Shown here piece by piece: positions 40,133 through 55,100 of a stretch of DNA of 64,000 nucleotides (positions are counted from its first letter, which is position 1; every line of letters begins with the position of its first letter). This DNA is from Octopus vulgaris (taxonomy: Eukaryota). The translations under genes were made by a program, and so were the position numbers. The notes under the pieces are model-generated. The model was not told the DNA's origin. It did not search any database and worked only from the letters and a program-made list of their open reading frames with translations. The stretch lies in NCBI GenBank assembly GCA_951406725.2, contig OX597830.1, positions 29,574,001 through 29,638,000 of the forward strand, given 5' to 3'.

Positions 40133-40428
40133 CATTAAGTGGGAACAAGACAGAGACTGGAAGAGACACTAATTTGCGATGACTGTGATGACACAAACAA
40201 AAACGTGTGTGAATCCTTATTTATTATGTGTGTCTGTGTGCGTATGTGTGTATACATAAATGTGTATATGTATGTGCGTATGTATGCATGTATTTATGTA
40301 TATATCTATGTATATGTATATATACACACACACACACATGCATATACTTCGGTTAGGCATTGTGATACTTATAATCCGGTATAGAACTCAATATATATAT
40401 ATGCTCCTGATATAAATAGTTATATACG

Positions 40429-40483
<55 letters not shown>

Positions 40484-40494
40484 ATATATATATA

Positions 40495-40891
40495 TTCTTT
40501 TATTCTTGTATTTGTTTCAGTCATTTGATAGCGGCCATGCTGGAGCACCGCTTTTAGTCAAACAAATGGACCTCAGGACTTATTCTTTGTAAGCTTAGTA
40601 CTTATTCTATCGATATCTTTTGCCGAAGCGCTATATTTCAAGGATGTAAACACATCACCATCGGTTGTCAAGCGACTGTGGGGTGACAAGCACAGACACA
40701 CACACTAAAATATACATATATGTAAATACGACGGGCTTCTTTAAGTTTCCGTCTACCAAATCCACTCACAAGGCTTTGGTCGGTCCGAGGCTGGAGTAGA
40801 AGACACTTGCCCTAGTTTCCACGCAGTACAACTGAACACGGAACCACTTGGTTGGGAATTAGGCTTCTTGCCAAACAGCCACGCCGCGCCT
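40495..40891 (-). mobile_element. SINE family A, full length
   Basis: Reverse complement of the 1722 copy. Confidence 0.88.
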
Positions 40892-40949
40892 ATCGTTTAC
40901 ATATAGTTATACGTATATAATAATTTATATACGTCTATAATAATTTATA

Positions 40950-41700
40950 TATGTTCGTGGAAGTTTATACGCACTCTTGTTCAATGTATTTCAATGTATT
41001 TACACAAAAGCAGGGGATAAACAGGTACGTCATTTTTTCTGTATAGTCTCTTTCGTTTTTGATGCACTTAATCGAGTGATCCACAAGCTTGCGTATACCC
41101 TCCAAGAAGAATGGTTTCCGTTAGTCGTGCAACAATCTATGCATATCTTTCTTCACATCTTCATCCGTAGGCAATCAATTATTTAGTAAGAGAGCTGGGC
41201 TGTAGTTAGGGCGTTCCAGCTCCTCAAGACCTAATTGGTTAATGGTTTGAACGGTCTCGGCGACCGTGTGGGGACATGCATTTTCATTGTAACAACAAAA
41301 CTTTCTTCGACAATGGGGTTCAATGTTTTGTGCGAATTGCTGGCTTCAGTTTGTTGGCCAGCAAAGTACTGTACTTTGCACTTGTTAATCGTACCCCATT
41401 TTTCAAGGTAGGCTTCCAGTATAGGCCATTCTGAGTCCCCAAAATTGTGTTTAACATCACCTTTCCTGTGGAAGACTGAGTCAGGAATTTCTTCCCTGCT
41501 GGCGTGCCAGGATGTTTCCAATCCATAATCCGTCTTTTATATTCTCGTAATGAATTTCAGCATCTGACACAACTTCCGATCAGAGAAATCAGATCACTGC
41601 TCGTTGGTCTTCTTTGGTGTACATTGCTAGAGGAGCAACCATGCTTATACTGTAAAGTCAGAAAGAAAAATATGGCGCCATCAGGTTCAAACTTCGATCA
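40950..41700 (-). pseudogene. Degenerate mariner (DD34D) transposase
   Basis: MDWKHPGTP..KKF.TQ.STGKVML…SAKYSTLL..KLKPAIR, plus a decayed YSP.L motif near 41185-41205. Confidence 0.8.
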
Positions 41701-41799
41701 AATGACCACAGTAATACCAATTATAGGAGGGCAGTATGACAATAATAAAGATATAAAGATATGTTATGGTGAAAGTGCGGATGATTTTTAACTTCCCTT

Positions 41800-41844
<45 letters not shown>

Positions 41845-41967
41845 ATATATACACAAGAATTCTATATGTATATACATATGCGCATATTCACACTCGGAAC
41901 CATATAGAGATACAAACATTGCACTAATTATATGTATGTGTACACACACACTCACACACACACACAC

Positions 41968-42006
<39 letters not shown>

Positions 42007-42013
<7 letters not shown>

Positions 42014-42306
42014 ACCGACCAGGCTATCAGATGTTGCTACACGTCGCTGGTCACAATGCGCTTCGCATTGTTTTAGCCTTCAAATGACGCCACCTTGCTG
42101 GCTAAGCGAGCAGGCCAACAGAAGAAAGAGTGAATGAAAGTTGCGGCAAAATAGTACAGCAGGGATCGCCACCACCCCCTGTCGGAGCCTCGTGTAGCTT
42201 TAGGTGTTTTCGCTCAATAAACACTCACAACGCCCGGTCTGGGAATCGAAACCGCGATCCTACGACCGCAAGTCCGCTGCCCTAACCAGTGGGTCATTGC
42301 GCCTCC
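42007..42306 (-). mobile_element. SINE family C, full length
   Basis: Head GGAGGCGCAATGACCCACTGGTTAGGGCAGCGGAC; tail shared with 20367. Confidence 0.88.
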
Positions 42307-42315
42307 ACACACACA

Positions 42316-42388
<73 letters not shown>

Positions 42389-42748
42389 GCAGTGAGGAAG
42401 AGAGAGACAATAAAAAAGGACAGAGATAGAGAGGGGACATATAAATAATCAATAAAAGTTGGATGAGATTGTGTGTTGTTACTCAAGCATTCAACTATCG
42501 CTGAACTGCATCCTATAGTGGAAACAGCTGTAAGGCAATGAAGTTTATAAGATAATCGATTATTCTTTAGTCTTTTCTTATTACTGCTTGGTACCTGACT
42601 AACGCTTCGTTAAGAAGCATATGGATATTAAGTTCAAGCCAGATTATTAGTATCACAACGTCAAGTGTAATATGTATATATATATATTTCCTATTATATA
42701 TTTTTGACCCCTGTGGAATTTTCAGAACATTTATTTATAAAGGGGAAT

Positions 42749-42801
42749 TTAGTCTTACAGCTGTTTCAGGGATATTAGGCATATCCCTTCATCAGAGATA
42801 A
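42749..42801 (-). ncRNA. Minimal type I hammerhead ribozyme, canonical core
   Basis: Minus strand reads TTATCT-CTGATGA-AGGGATAT-gccta-ATATCCCT-GAAAC-AGCT-GTA-AGACTAA; ACAGCTGT palindromic stem III. Confidence 0.8.
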
Positions 42802-43376
42802 TGTGGGATGGTTAAATAGAGGGAAATGGTAGACTTCAATATTATTTTGGGAAAAGGATGGAAATAAGAAGTATAAAAGGAAATTAAAGAATAAAACTAA
42901 AATTAAAAATATATGTAGGATGCTATAGCTGTATTTCAATATATACACACACCCACATATATGCGTGTGACTTTGTTTTTGTGAGGGTGTCTATGTATGT
43001 GTGTATATATGAACGTATGTATGCATATATATGCAAACATTTATATATATATATATATATACAAACATACATACACACACACATATATATATATCTATCT
43101 ATATATATATATATATATATATATTGGCTAACAGGTTTTTGGGATCTGGCGGTACATCATAAAGCTAAACCGTTAATGGAAAGGAAACCCAAGGCAATCC
43201 CATAAAACATTTATTGAAATCCAATCGCTATGGAGGAGAGTTGAGATATGTTTACTTAAAAAGAGTGAAGTGCAGAAATTACTAAGGATTACTAAGAAAT
43301 TACTAACATGAGCAAAGGTCAGAAATGGTATTGACAAAAAAAGGGCGCATCATGATGGTGATCTATGTACGTATCA

Positions 43377-43416
<40 letters not shown>

Positions 43417-43455
43417 ATGTATATATATATATATATATATATATTGTGTGTGTTG

Positions 43456-43500
<45 letters not shown>

Positions 43501-44746
43501 TATTGCCTACTGTTAGTATATTTCACTGCAGTGTTCCTATGCACAAATACGTACGAACTTAATACATACAAACAGACATACATATATGTATATTATAAAT
43601 GTATATGCGTATAATTATTGTAATACAATATAATCCCTCATAGTCGAGGAACATGTTTTGAAGATGTTGCAGATTTCAAGATTTTCTCCAGAAACCTCAA
43701 GGAAACCCTTCAGTAAATGACAGTTTAGTTAACGCCCGACATAGCTGGAGAAATTCTCATGTGAACGCGTTACAAGGAGCGAGCTGAGTCACCATATTCT
43801 GCACAAAAACACATTATACTTTCATCTTCAGACTCGAACTCACGGTATTATCTATTCATCAATTCTTCCAATTCCCTCTCGCCTTTCGTCTCTACGAGCT
43901 TGCCCATACATACACACATACATACATACATACATACATACATACATACATACATACATACATACATACGTACATACATGCATACATACATACACACATG
44001 CATACATACATGCATACATACGTATATATACACATACATACCTTCTTACATAGACATATATGTACATATTCATGCATACTTGTGTGTATGTATGGTGGTA
44101 TGTTTTTTTTTTATCATTATCTTCCATAATAATTTTAGGGTATTGAAATGATAGGGGTCACATCGAATTGCAAAGCCTGTCTTTAATCTTTTAATCCACC
44201 AGAATTCTTCAGGAAGAAAACTATTGTAAATAGAGAAAATATCTGTTAAAGAGGATTTTTTTTCCAGTCACGAATTTGAACACCTATTTTTGGTGGGAGG
44301 TTCATTTGCAAGAAGAAGAAATCATAAGTAATTTGCCGGCGGCCTCTTAACTTTTGAACAAGCTTTAAGGCCCGCCCTGCTCTTTATCATCGCCAGCTTT
44401 ATTTAAACACGACCATTAACAAAACAATACATTTACGCTTTTTAATATTAGAACTGCAATTCATTAATTCATGATTGAAATAGAAAACTAAAAAGAAAAA
44501 CATTGTCAAATTTTTAAATCAATGATTTTTATCAAATGAGAAATATGGGTCGTGTATTGTAATGTTCTTCTTAATTGTTGAAGTCTGAAATATTTTCCTA
44601 TTGTATATTTAATATCTGTGCATGTATGTGCACATGTGTACATTACTTTTTAAAATTTATACTTTTTAAATTTTAATTATACTCACATACACCCACACAC
44701 ATACATATGCATATGCATACGTATACATATTCATATATATACATAA

Positions 44747-44814
<68 letters not shown>

Positions 44815-45442
44815 GGGCGTAAATGTATGTGTGTGTAACTCTAATACGTATTTACGGTTATTTAAAACGAATATATTGATTTATTTATTAGTCATGAGTT
44901 CATAAACTTATTGAAATTGGAAGGTGAGGAGGTCGTGTAATTTTCAGGCATGTAGTTGAATCCACTTCTCAGCGGCTTAAATGAAATAATATTGCTCGAA
45001 TTATGAATCGAAATCGTTTTTTTTTTTCTCTCTCTCTCTCTCTCTTATTTTCTTTTTATTAATTGCTTAGCTAGCTGCTGATTAAAATTTTTCTCTTCAG
45101 AGTACAGCCTCGTGTCGTGCTGTATTGTTGCGTGTCTATTTTCATGCTTGGAAAACAAAACCTGTTACAGAAGAAACTTGTATTTGCATAAGATGTGTCT
45201 AGTTTCAAATTATGCTGTTTGCATTAAATATAATTCTGGCATTGCGAGGTTTAAGGCTGATTCAGGGGTTAAGTCTTCTCGAGTTCGATCCTACTGTATA
45301 GCAAAATGGGCAAGTACAATTAATGCAGCATCGAATTGATCTAAGATACCTAAGCGAATTTGGGCAGTAGGAAACTGTACAGAAGCCCTTTGTATTGACT
45401 GTAACTGTAATTTAAAGATCCAGCCTTTAATAATAAAGATTA

Positions 45443-45839
45443 CTCTTTACTCTTTTACTTCTTTCAGTCAGTTGACTGTGGCCATGTTGGAGCATTGCCT
45501 TTAGTCGAGCAAATTAACCCCAGGACGTATTCTTTGGAAGACTAGTACTTATTCTATCGGTCTCTTTTGCCGAACCGCTAAGTTACGGGGACGTGAAAAC
45601 ACCAGCATCGGTTGTCATGCGATGTTGGGGGGACAAACATAGACACACAAACACACGCAAATATATACATATATACGACGGGCTTCTTTCAGTTTCCGGC
45701 TACCAAATCCACTCACAAGGCTTTGGTCTGCCCGAGGCTATAGTAGAAGACACTTGCCCAAGGTGCCACGCAGTGGGACAGAACCCGGAACCATGTGATT
45801 GATAAGCAAGCTACTTACCATACAGCCACTCCTACGCCT
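45443..45839 (-). mobile_element. SINE family A, full length
   Basis: Reverse complement of the 1722 copy. Confidence 0.9.
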
Positions 45840-45944
45840 TGAAATGTCAATTATTCTAATTTTATAAATTGAATATTGAGGTCTGTGGTTGTTGATTTTT
45901 ATAGTTAGCTGCATTCAGGTTATTAATTTAATATTTGATGTTTT

Positions 45945-45950
<6 letters not shown>
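45839..45950 (+). repeat. Unclassified dispersed AT-rich repeat (second copy at ~50751-50868)
   Basis: TTGAAATGTCAATT…CTGTGGTTGTTGATTTTTATA.TTAGCTGCA is shared by both copies. Confidence 0.7.
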
Positions 45951-45994
<44 letters not shown>

Positions 45995-46169
45995 TCACAC
46001 TGTCACGTCGATGTATATTTGACGAGCAAATACCTAGAATAGGTTATAAGCTTTTATATCGAAGAAGTATCTGTCTATGACGTGCGTTTATCCAGGTAGC
46101 CTCCACTACAAAATTATCAATAAATGATATCAATCTGCAATCCAATGAAACTCATTCTAGTATTACTTT

Positions 46170-46375
46170 CAAAGTTTGGCACAAGGCCAGCAATTTCGAG
46201 GAGTTAAGTCGATTATATCGACCACAGTGTTCAACTGGTTCTTCTTTTATCGACCGCCAAAGGATGAAATGCAAAGTCGACCTCGGCAGAATTTGAACTG
46301 AGAACATAAAGAGTCGGCAGAAATGCCGCTAAGTACTTTCCCCGGAGTGCTAACATTTCTCCAAACCAGTCGCCT
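46170..46375 (-). mobile_element. SINE family B (degenerate)
   Basis: AAGGATGAAATGCAAAGTCGACCTCGGCAGAATTTGAACT. Confidence 0.8.
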
Positions 46376-46510
46376 ATTATTTATAGGAGGAATGAACTCA
46401 TGCTTTGAGGCAGATCGAAGAAAGAACATCTCTGCAGAAATGGTGCTGTTATTAGAAATAGCAGACGAGATATGGAGGTATATAATTGTTGATAACATTA
46501 TGTCTCAATA

Positions 46511-47029
46511 AAGGCAGGGAGCTGGCAGAGACGTTAGCACGCCGGGCGAAATGCTTAGCGGTATTTCATCTGCCGTTACATTCTGATTTCAAATTCTGCC
46601 GAGATCGACTTTGCCTTTCATCTTTTCCGGGTCGATAAATTAAGTACCAGTTACGCACTGGGGTCGATGTAATCGACTTAATACCTATGTCTGTCCTTGT
46701 TTGTCCCCTCTGTGTTTAGCCCCTTGTGGGTAATAAAGAAATAGGTATTTCATCTGCCGTTACATTCTGAGTTCAAATTCTGCCGAGGTCGACTTTGCCT
46801 TTCATCTTTTCCGGGTCGATTAAATAAATACCAGTTACGCACTGGGGTCGACATAATCGACTTAATCCGTTTGTCTGTCCTTGTTTGTCCCCTCTGTGTG
46901 TAGCCCCTTGTGGACAGTAAAAGAAATAGGTATTTCGTCTGCCGCTACGTTCAGAGTTCAAATTCCATTAAGGTCGACTTTGCTTTTCATCCTTTCGGGG
47001 TCGATTAAAGAAGTACCAGTTACGTACTG
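46511..47029 (+). mobile_element. Multimeric SINE family B (head plus ~2.5 units)
   Basis: Units restart at GGTATTTC at 46560, 46744 and 46929. Confidence 0.9.
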
Positions 47030-47618
47030 AGTAGAGAAGTATATTATGTCTAAATAAAATATATGGTGGCAATATTTGGAATACATTTGATCAGATAAGC
47101 GTCACATCGTTCGGAATTTTGCTAGTACGGGAACCACCACAATAATAAAATCAACTATCATTGATAGAAACATATTTTAACATTGCATCGTGGTTAACGC
47201 TATATTCATACCAGTTATATACGCTGGGTTTCATTCATTCGACAACAGCCATGTTCAACAAATGATGCTTTACTATCTACTAAAGAGATTTCAACTGTTA
47301 TTGCATTGCTACCTGATAATTTCAATTAAATTTCAGATTACATTTTAAGTTGAATTCGATGGCTTAGACAATCTACACGGCCTACAGATTTATTTTTGCT
47401 TCCATCACATGTTGCCCATTAACGACATTTGGCAGATAGAGTTACGTGATAGATGTGAATAGTCAATTTTTCTTTTATGTCTTATGCTTTGGGCAAATAG
47501 AACTCGGTTCAATTAAGTTCAATACTAGCAAAATCATGAAAAAATATTGCTTGCAGTTCAATGGAAAAAACATCGCAAAATGTATTTGACATTTAAAAAC
47601 GTTAAATTGCCCATGGTT

Positions 47619-47712
<94 letters not shown>

Positions 47713-48206
47713 TATATACATATGTATGTATCTATATATATATATGTCAGTCTCTATATATGTATATATATATATAAGTATCTATATACGCACACACTAG
47801 CACTGACAACGTCCCAGCCCCACACCATCATCCACACACCTATACATGCACACACACACATCAAGTTCACCAGTCCCCTTCCACATGCGCATACATGCTC
47901 CTTTATACACACACGCACACCTTCGTTTGGGATCACCATTACTTTATTATCTCCCCTTCTTCCTAGCCCTCCTGTGTGACGCCTCTGTCCGGCAATCGCC
48001 ATGATAGATCGCTAGCCACTACGCATTCTTTATTTTCTCCCCTTGTTTCATTCTGTGTTTCATTTTGTGGAAGAGCATAGTCGCCAAACGTTAAGACTTT
48101 TTCATTTCCCGAGCATTAAACTAATACATCTGTTTGTTGTCTACACCACTTGTCTTACTCTTTTGTTTTTGTTATATTTTGTTAATTCCCCCTGTATATA
48201 TATATG

Positions 48207-48286
<80 letters not shown>

Positions 48287-48620
48287 CATATATATATATA
48301 CATATATATATATATACATATATATATGTATATATATATATACATATAAATAAATAAATAAAACATATGCATATATACATACATATATGTACGTACCTAC
48401 CTCTACATGTATATATACATGCATATATGGGTACAGGGCACCAAAAAACGTCGAACACAATGAGAAACGAAAACATAAACACAAAACCGAGGAAATGGAC
48501 ATTTTTTTTAAACAACGAAAAAATAGAGTACAGGACATTCAAACAAGGAAAATTCCCCTTCTTCAGTCGCCTTAATTTTATCTACTCCACGCATATATAC
48601 ACACATACATATATATATAC

Positions 48621-48719
<99 letters not shown>

Positions 48720-48919
48720 TGTATGTATGTATGTATGTATCTGTGTAACGATGGCCGAAACTTATCTAGGTATCTAAGTATCTACCTTATTTTTTTCACC
48801 TGTGGAAATTTGGAAATGATGATCCTCGGAATATATATACCTATTTGTCGAAACGTTCATCATTTTATGATATGCAAATAGCACTTCTAATATATGTTTT
48901 ATATTTGTTTCTTCTCGAA

Positions 48920-49155
48920 ACATAAGGGCCGGTTTCCAGGTTTCTTTGGCGTATAGGTTTCCCACCTGGACGGGACGCCGGTCCGTGGCAGGTGAGCTGC
49001 AGGTTGCAGGAGGAAAGAGTGAGAGAATGTTGTGGTAAAAGTGTCAGCAGAAGTTTGCCATTACCTTCTGCTTAGGTGTTTCGCTCATAAACACACCCAT
49101 CGCCTGGTCTGAGATTCGAACCCTAGTGCTCTAACCACTAGGCCATGTGCCTTCA
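48920..49155 (-). mobile_element. SINE family C-related copy
   Basis: CTCTAACCACTAGGCCATGTGCCT head; tail shared with 6525. Confidence 0.7.
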
Positions 49156-50017
49156 CTCTTCTAATATATAGTTAGGCAATTTTCTTTAAATCCTTACGTA
49201 CCATATATAAATGTAAAATATACGTGGATCTATAACAAGATGTGGGAGTATTAAATCAAGTGTTATTGAAGAACAAATATTCGTTTGGACTACTGAAATT
49301 TCATATTCTTGGATTATATCCCCTGTAGTCCCCGTTTGTTTTAATTCTTTCGCGTTGATTATATCAAATGTGTGACTACACTCATTTGTAAAAGAAAATG
49401 CATTAGATTGTAGAATATATATTTTTAACCTTGATTTGACTGAATCACTTATACATTGAAATATAATGAAGATTTTTTTCATATTATCTTTTCAAATTCA
49501 CATGTGGAGCAAACACGGAGGGAGCCATTTTCCTTTAGGTAATATTGCAATTAAGACTTTATACATTATGGGGAAAATGTGTGTCATTTTTTCTAGTAAA
49601 CACAGTGGGTTACGAGACATCATTCATTGAATGAGTAGACGCCATGTTTGATTCACAGCGCGCCTTCGTTCAGCAGAATCTATGATATTGTTTAGATACT
49701 AAGTTTACAGCAATTAACTCTTATGATTCTAAATACAACTGGAAAAGTCATTTTACTCACAAATACTTGATGCACGTCTTTTTTGTATAAGTATTTGGTT
49801 AGTGTTGATACTACAATTTAAAGTTCTCTTTTAATGGAATTAATAATGAAGCCTGAACCTCCGGCTAGACGTATTTTGACATGAAAAGAAAGATATAAAG
49901 TATTTTAATAGTATTCATTTAAATGACCTTGTGAAGTTGACAGGCAAGCAAGTTCATCAAACAAAAAATGTACTTGTAGAAAGCATATTACGATATATAT
50001 TTAAATACACATATATA

Positions 50018-50048
<31 letters not shown>

Positions 50049-50938
50049 ATATATAGTTTCATACATACATATATACAAACACGGTATATATGTATATATA
50101 GTTGAGGAGATAGAAAATAATTAAGAGTCAGTTGAATTAGATATTTTAAAATGAGGTACTAAGACAGTTCGGTATAGTCAACGCAGCAGGAAATTAGGTG
50201 AATAAAGAGCAAATAAGTAAAAATTCTAATTTCCACCCTTAGAACTTATTTTGATCTCCGTTGTTTTCCATTTTATTCCCCTTTAATTAAATTATCTAGA
50301 TATGTACTAGCCACCCCTGCCCTTCCTCATTCTAGCTGTCACCTCTTCTCCATTAGTCATTCTCTTAGTAGCAGCTCAGAGACATATCCTTTTATGTAGA
50401 TAAAGCTAGATATCCCAGTAAAATAAGGGTCGGGAAGAATATATGACATTAATTAATTTATCACCCTCAACTGGAACTTAACTGTCAACTCCCAATGGAT
50501 TTAACTCTAAAGGGTTGCACACTATATACTGCATAAAACTTTATAAATATAATAAAGATAAATATGAATAAACTATTTGGCCATTCCTTTTTCGCGACCC
50601 CCTCTATTTTCCTCTGCTACTCTTTAAATTATATTAGGCTTTAGAAATACATTTTTAACTAAATTCATTCTGCCACAAGCAAAGGGAAGCAATGTAAGTA
50701 TTTTCGTTTCTAGTTCTGTGTTAATAAAATTTTAAATAATATTTATATTATTGAAATGTCAATTCTAATAATTTCATAAATTGAGCATTGGGGACTGTGG
50801 TTGTTGATTTTTATACTTAGCTGCAACTCAGGTTATTTATATTAATTTTTTTTATTCCTTCTGTAATATATATATGTATATGTATACTGTGTTTTTAAAC
50901 ATGGTTTATCCTTTATATTGGACATTTATATGGACGTC

Positions 50939-51024
50939 TGCACTGAGGAGGACGGTTTTTTTCCAATTGATGTGATGCTTGCATTGATCTATTAAATGGA
51001 GAAGCTTGAAACGGCCGTAATGCA
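50939..51024 (+). ncRNA. Degenerate type I hammerhead with long stem II
   Basis: TGCA-CTGAGGA-GG…CTT-GAAAC-GGCC-GTA-a-TGCA; ACGGCCGT palindrome. Confidence 0.55.
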
Positions 51025-51072
51025 TTGATACCTGGGCATCCTTGTGACTTATTTGCTATATATATATATATA

Positions 51073-51485
51073 CAGGGGTTGGACAAAATAATGGAAGCAC
51101 TTTAAAATTTCAAACAAATTTATTTTAATATGGGCGCAAATTACATCTTGAATTCGATGGGGTACGGACACAAACAAAGCTTGAATTGTTTCCAAAGGAA
51201 TTTGCGTCCATTCTTTAGCTAACACAGTCGCCAGTTATTGTAGTGATGATGATGGTGGAAGGTAGCAACTGTTTATGTTTCTAAAATGCACTATAAATGT
51301 TCATTAATATTCAGATCTGGGTACTGTGGTAGCTAGATAATATGTTCAACTTCACTAGAATGTTTCTCGTGCCATTCAGCAACAACTTTACCTCTGTGGA
51401 TTGGTGCATTATCATCCTGAAAGATTGCGTTTCCCTACACAGTTCCCCAACCATACGATGAATTTGATCAGATAGAATGCTTAAA
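51073..51485 (-). mobile_element. Tc1-like (DD34E) transposon, 3' fragment with TIR
   Basis: TA|CAGGGGTTGGACAAAATAATGGAA end; minus-strand FQDDNAPIH and PQ.PDLNI.E motifs. Confidence 0.8.
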
Positions 51486-51559
51486 TAGAGAGACTTACAG
51501 AGACTACCTCTGATGTAGTCTCCCTTAGAGAAACTTAGAAATATTAATATATACTTATA

Positions 51560-51660
<101 letters not shown>

Positions 51661-52054
51661 TCAATAAGAAAAACACGGTAAACACTTGAGTCAATCTGTC
51701 ACTAACAAGTGACTGCCAGCAAGTTTTCTAGATCGGACTCATATAATTAATTGTTAGGTTGACACTCACATTATTCCTTTCGTACCATTTCAAAAATAAC
51801 AGCGAGGCATTCAGGTTACAAAATGGGTAAAGAGGAGAACATTCTGTTTTTTTTTTTTTTTTTTTGATCCGAGATAATATGAAAATTAAGTTGTACGATG
51901 GCAATAAAGAATGGTGATTGAAACATCACTATCAAAGGAAAATACAAAGCTATAAATAATGGAAATTGAGCGAAAACATCAGTTTCAAGATTTCATACAT
52001 TTTGACAGTGAGGATCAGATACATCAACTACTGAGAAGATTATGACGATTAAAT

Positions 52055-52258
52055 CTCTTTATTGTCCACAGCGGGCTAAACATAGAGGGGACAGACAAGG
52101 AGATTAAGTCGATCACATCGACCCCAGTGCGTAACTGGTACTTAATTTATCGACCCCGAAAGGATAAAAGGCAAAGTCAACCTCGGCGAAATTTGAACTC
52201 AGAACGTAACGGCAGACGAAATACGGCTACGCATTTCGCCCGGCGTGCTAACGTTTCT
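52055..52258 (-). mobile_element. SINE family B
   Basis: Matches the 26822 unit and part of the head. Confidence 0.85.
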
Positions 52259-52292
52259 GAGGATGACGACGAATACGATGGCATTGATTGTG

Positions 52293-52626
52293 AAGGTGCA
52301 CGGCTCAGTGGTTAGAGCGTCGAACTTACGAACGTGTGGTTGTGAGTTCGATTCATGGACCGTGCTGCGTGTTGTGTTCTTGAGCAAGACACTTTATTTC
52401 ACGTTGCTCCAGTTAACTCAGTTGTAGAAATGAGTTGCCACATCACAGGTGCCAAGCTGCAACGGCCTTTGCCTTTCCCTTGGATAACATCAGTGATGTG
52501 GAGAGGGGAGGCTGGTATGCATGGGCGACTGCCGGCCTTCCATAAACGAATTTGTCCAGAACTGTGCCTCGGAGGGTAACTTTCTAAGTGCAATCCCACG
52601 GTCAGTCATGACCGAAGGGGGTCTCC
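52293..52626 (+). mobile_element. tRNA-derived SINE family D (CORE-like middle)
   Basis: A box GGCTCAGTGG, B box GAGTTCGATTC, then TTCTTGAGCAAGACACTT. Confidence 0.75.
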
Positions 52627-52997
52627 TCGATTGTGAATGATAAGAACGAGGAATATATTAACGACGGTGATGAGAAAGATGATGACGAAAAACATATTAA
52701 CGACGACAATTACGAGGATGACACTGATGATGATGATGATGAGGAGGAGGAGGAGGAGGAGGAGGGGGATAAGGAGAAGGATGCAGAAGTGGATGATACA
52801 AGAAGATGAGGACTACAACGACAATGACGACGACAATGATGATGATGATGATGATGATAATGATGAGGATGTTCATCATCATCACCATCATCAACATTAT
52901 TATGTCGACGATGGGGATGATAATGGTGATGAGGAAAAGAAGAAGCTAGATAACAAAGACGATGTCGAGGACAATTAACATTGGTGATGTCGATAAT

Positions 52998-53146
52998 AGG
53001 CGCAGGAATAGCTGTGTAGAACACAACACGGTTCTGGGTTCAATCCCACTGCGTGGCACCTTGGGAATATGTCTTCTACTACAGCCTCGGGCCGACCAAA
53101 GCCTTGTGAGTGGATTTGGTAGACGGAAACTGAAAGAAGTCCGTCG

Positions 53147-53185
<39 letters not shown>

Positions 53186-53428
53186 CTGTGTGTGTGTGTT
53201 TATGTTCGTGTGTCTGTGTTTGTCCCCCCAACATCGCTTGACAACCTATGCTGTTGTGTATATGTCACCGTAACTTAGCGGTTCGGCAAAAAGAGTTCGA
53301 TAGAATAAGTAGTAGGCTTCCAAAGAATAAGTCCTGGTGGGGAGCTCGATTTGCTCGACTAAAGGCGGTGCTCCAGCATGGCCGCAGTCAAATGATTTAA
53401 ACAAGTAAATGAGTTAAAGAGAGTAAGA
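52998..53428 (+). mobile_element. SINE family A, full length
   Basis: Matches the 1722 copy. Confidence 0.9.
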
Positions 53429-53762
53429 GCAATACACGTGAAAATGATGATAGAGATGATGCTGTTGGAGATGATTACGGAAACGGTACAGATGACAATT
53501 TCGCAAATTTTTATCCAATTCAAAAGGTAAATTGTCTGTGTCTACAGTCATAATTTCTTTCTACATTTCCATTTAATTATTACCGCTCAATTTTTCTTCG
53601 TAGCAAATGAACGGAAATCAAGTCTAGTAAGCGAGAAAGGCTGTTAGATAATCGTGAGTAAATATCGGAGGGTGTTCTATCTATGTAAGCTTCTCAGCAT
53701 TAACTGTTTATCTGTATGTAGATACACAAGCACACACACACATATATATGATTCCATATATG

Positions 53763-53819
<57 letters not shown>

Positions 53820-54636
53820 GCATGTATTTGTGTATGAATGGAAGCATGTTTGCATTTCTGTGTGTGTGTGTGTAAACGTATATATATATATATATATATA
53901 TATATGAAGCGTGTTTGCATTTCTGTCTATGTGTGTGTATGTGTGTGTGTGTGTGTGTGTGTATGTGTGTGATTTTACGTCTGTATCTATGTGTATATCA
54001 TGAATATCGTAAAGTGGAGTGAAGCCAGAAGGGAGCGTCAGGGAATGAAAAGCTTTTTGTTTTTAGTGAATGCTTACATACATGCAAGCATATGTACTTG
54101 CATAATACATACACATAACAGACACTCACTAACACATGAATATACACAGGCACATAAACAGAAGCACACACACACACACACACACATACACTCACATGTA
54201 TATATATTGTGTATGTGTATAAAGAATGGGGATTTCAATTATGTAAAAGCCATAAAATATGAAGAAGCGGGATAACTTTTGTACTAGGAAAATAATGGCT
54301 CGTTGAAAAGAAGTTGAAACAATGCTGTATATACGCGAATTGATGTGAATGCGAATATATTTCTACGGGGCACATATTTTGTGAGGCGAGTGCTTATTAT
54401 TAATCTTATTTAATGGCGAATATGGCCTTTACTGCCTGGTTATTCTCGTCAGTTGTCTTAGAATTTTCCATGTTTTTGTATTTTTTTTATATATGTATAT
54501 TTAAAATGTACCTTTTTGAATACTCATGCGATGAATTGCAAATGCAAACTGAGACACGAGTGTACATGAGCCTACATATATATATTTGTATACATGTATG
54601 TACGTACGTATTATATTTGCACCTACATACATGTTA

Positions 54637-54689
<53 letters not shown>

Positions 54690-54839
54690 CACATATAAAT
54701 ATGTATAGATACATGCACACATATATATGCGTCTATATGTTCGTACATTCATGCTTAATGTACACACATGCATACATATGTACGTACATAAATATATATA
54801 TATATATATATATCCTTACATATATTAATACTTATACTC

Positions 54840-55043
54840 TAAGCACAAGGTAGGAAATTTTTGGACGAGGGTCCAGCCGATTATATCGACCCCAGTGCGT
54901 AACTGGTACTTATTTAATCGACCCCGAAAGGATGAAAGACAATGTCGACCTCGGCGGAATTTGAACTCAGAACGTAGCGGCAGACGAAATACGGCGCTAC
55001 GCATTTCGCCCGGCGTGCTAACGTTTCTGCCAGCTCGCTGCCT
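54840..55043 (-). mobile_element. SINE family B with an alternative tail
   Basis: Family B head and core, with tail AAGCACAAGG..GAAATTTT as at 46170 and 23905. Confidence 0.85.
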
Positions 55044-55100
55044 TAGTCTGAGTAAATAATGAAGGTACTATATAGTTAAATGAGGCCAGAACAGTTTCCG

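Noticed and set aside
43630-43705. Minus-strand HHR-like remnant (CTGGAGA…AAAACATGTT)
   Set aside because: Both core segments are mutated, so it is too degenerate to call.
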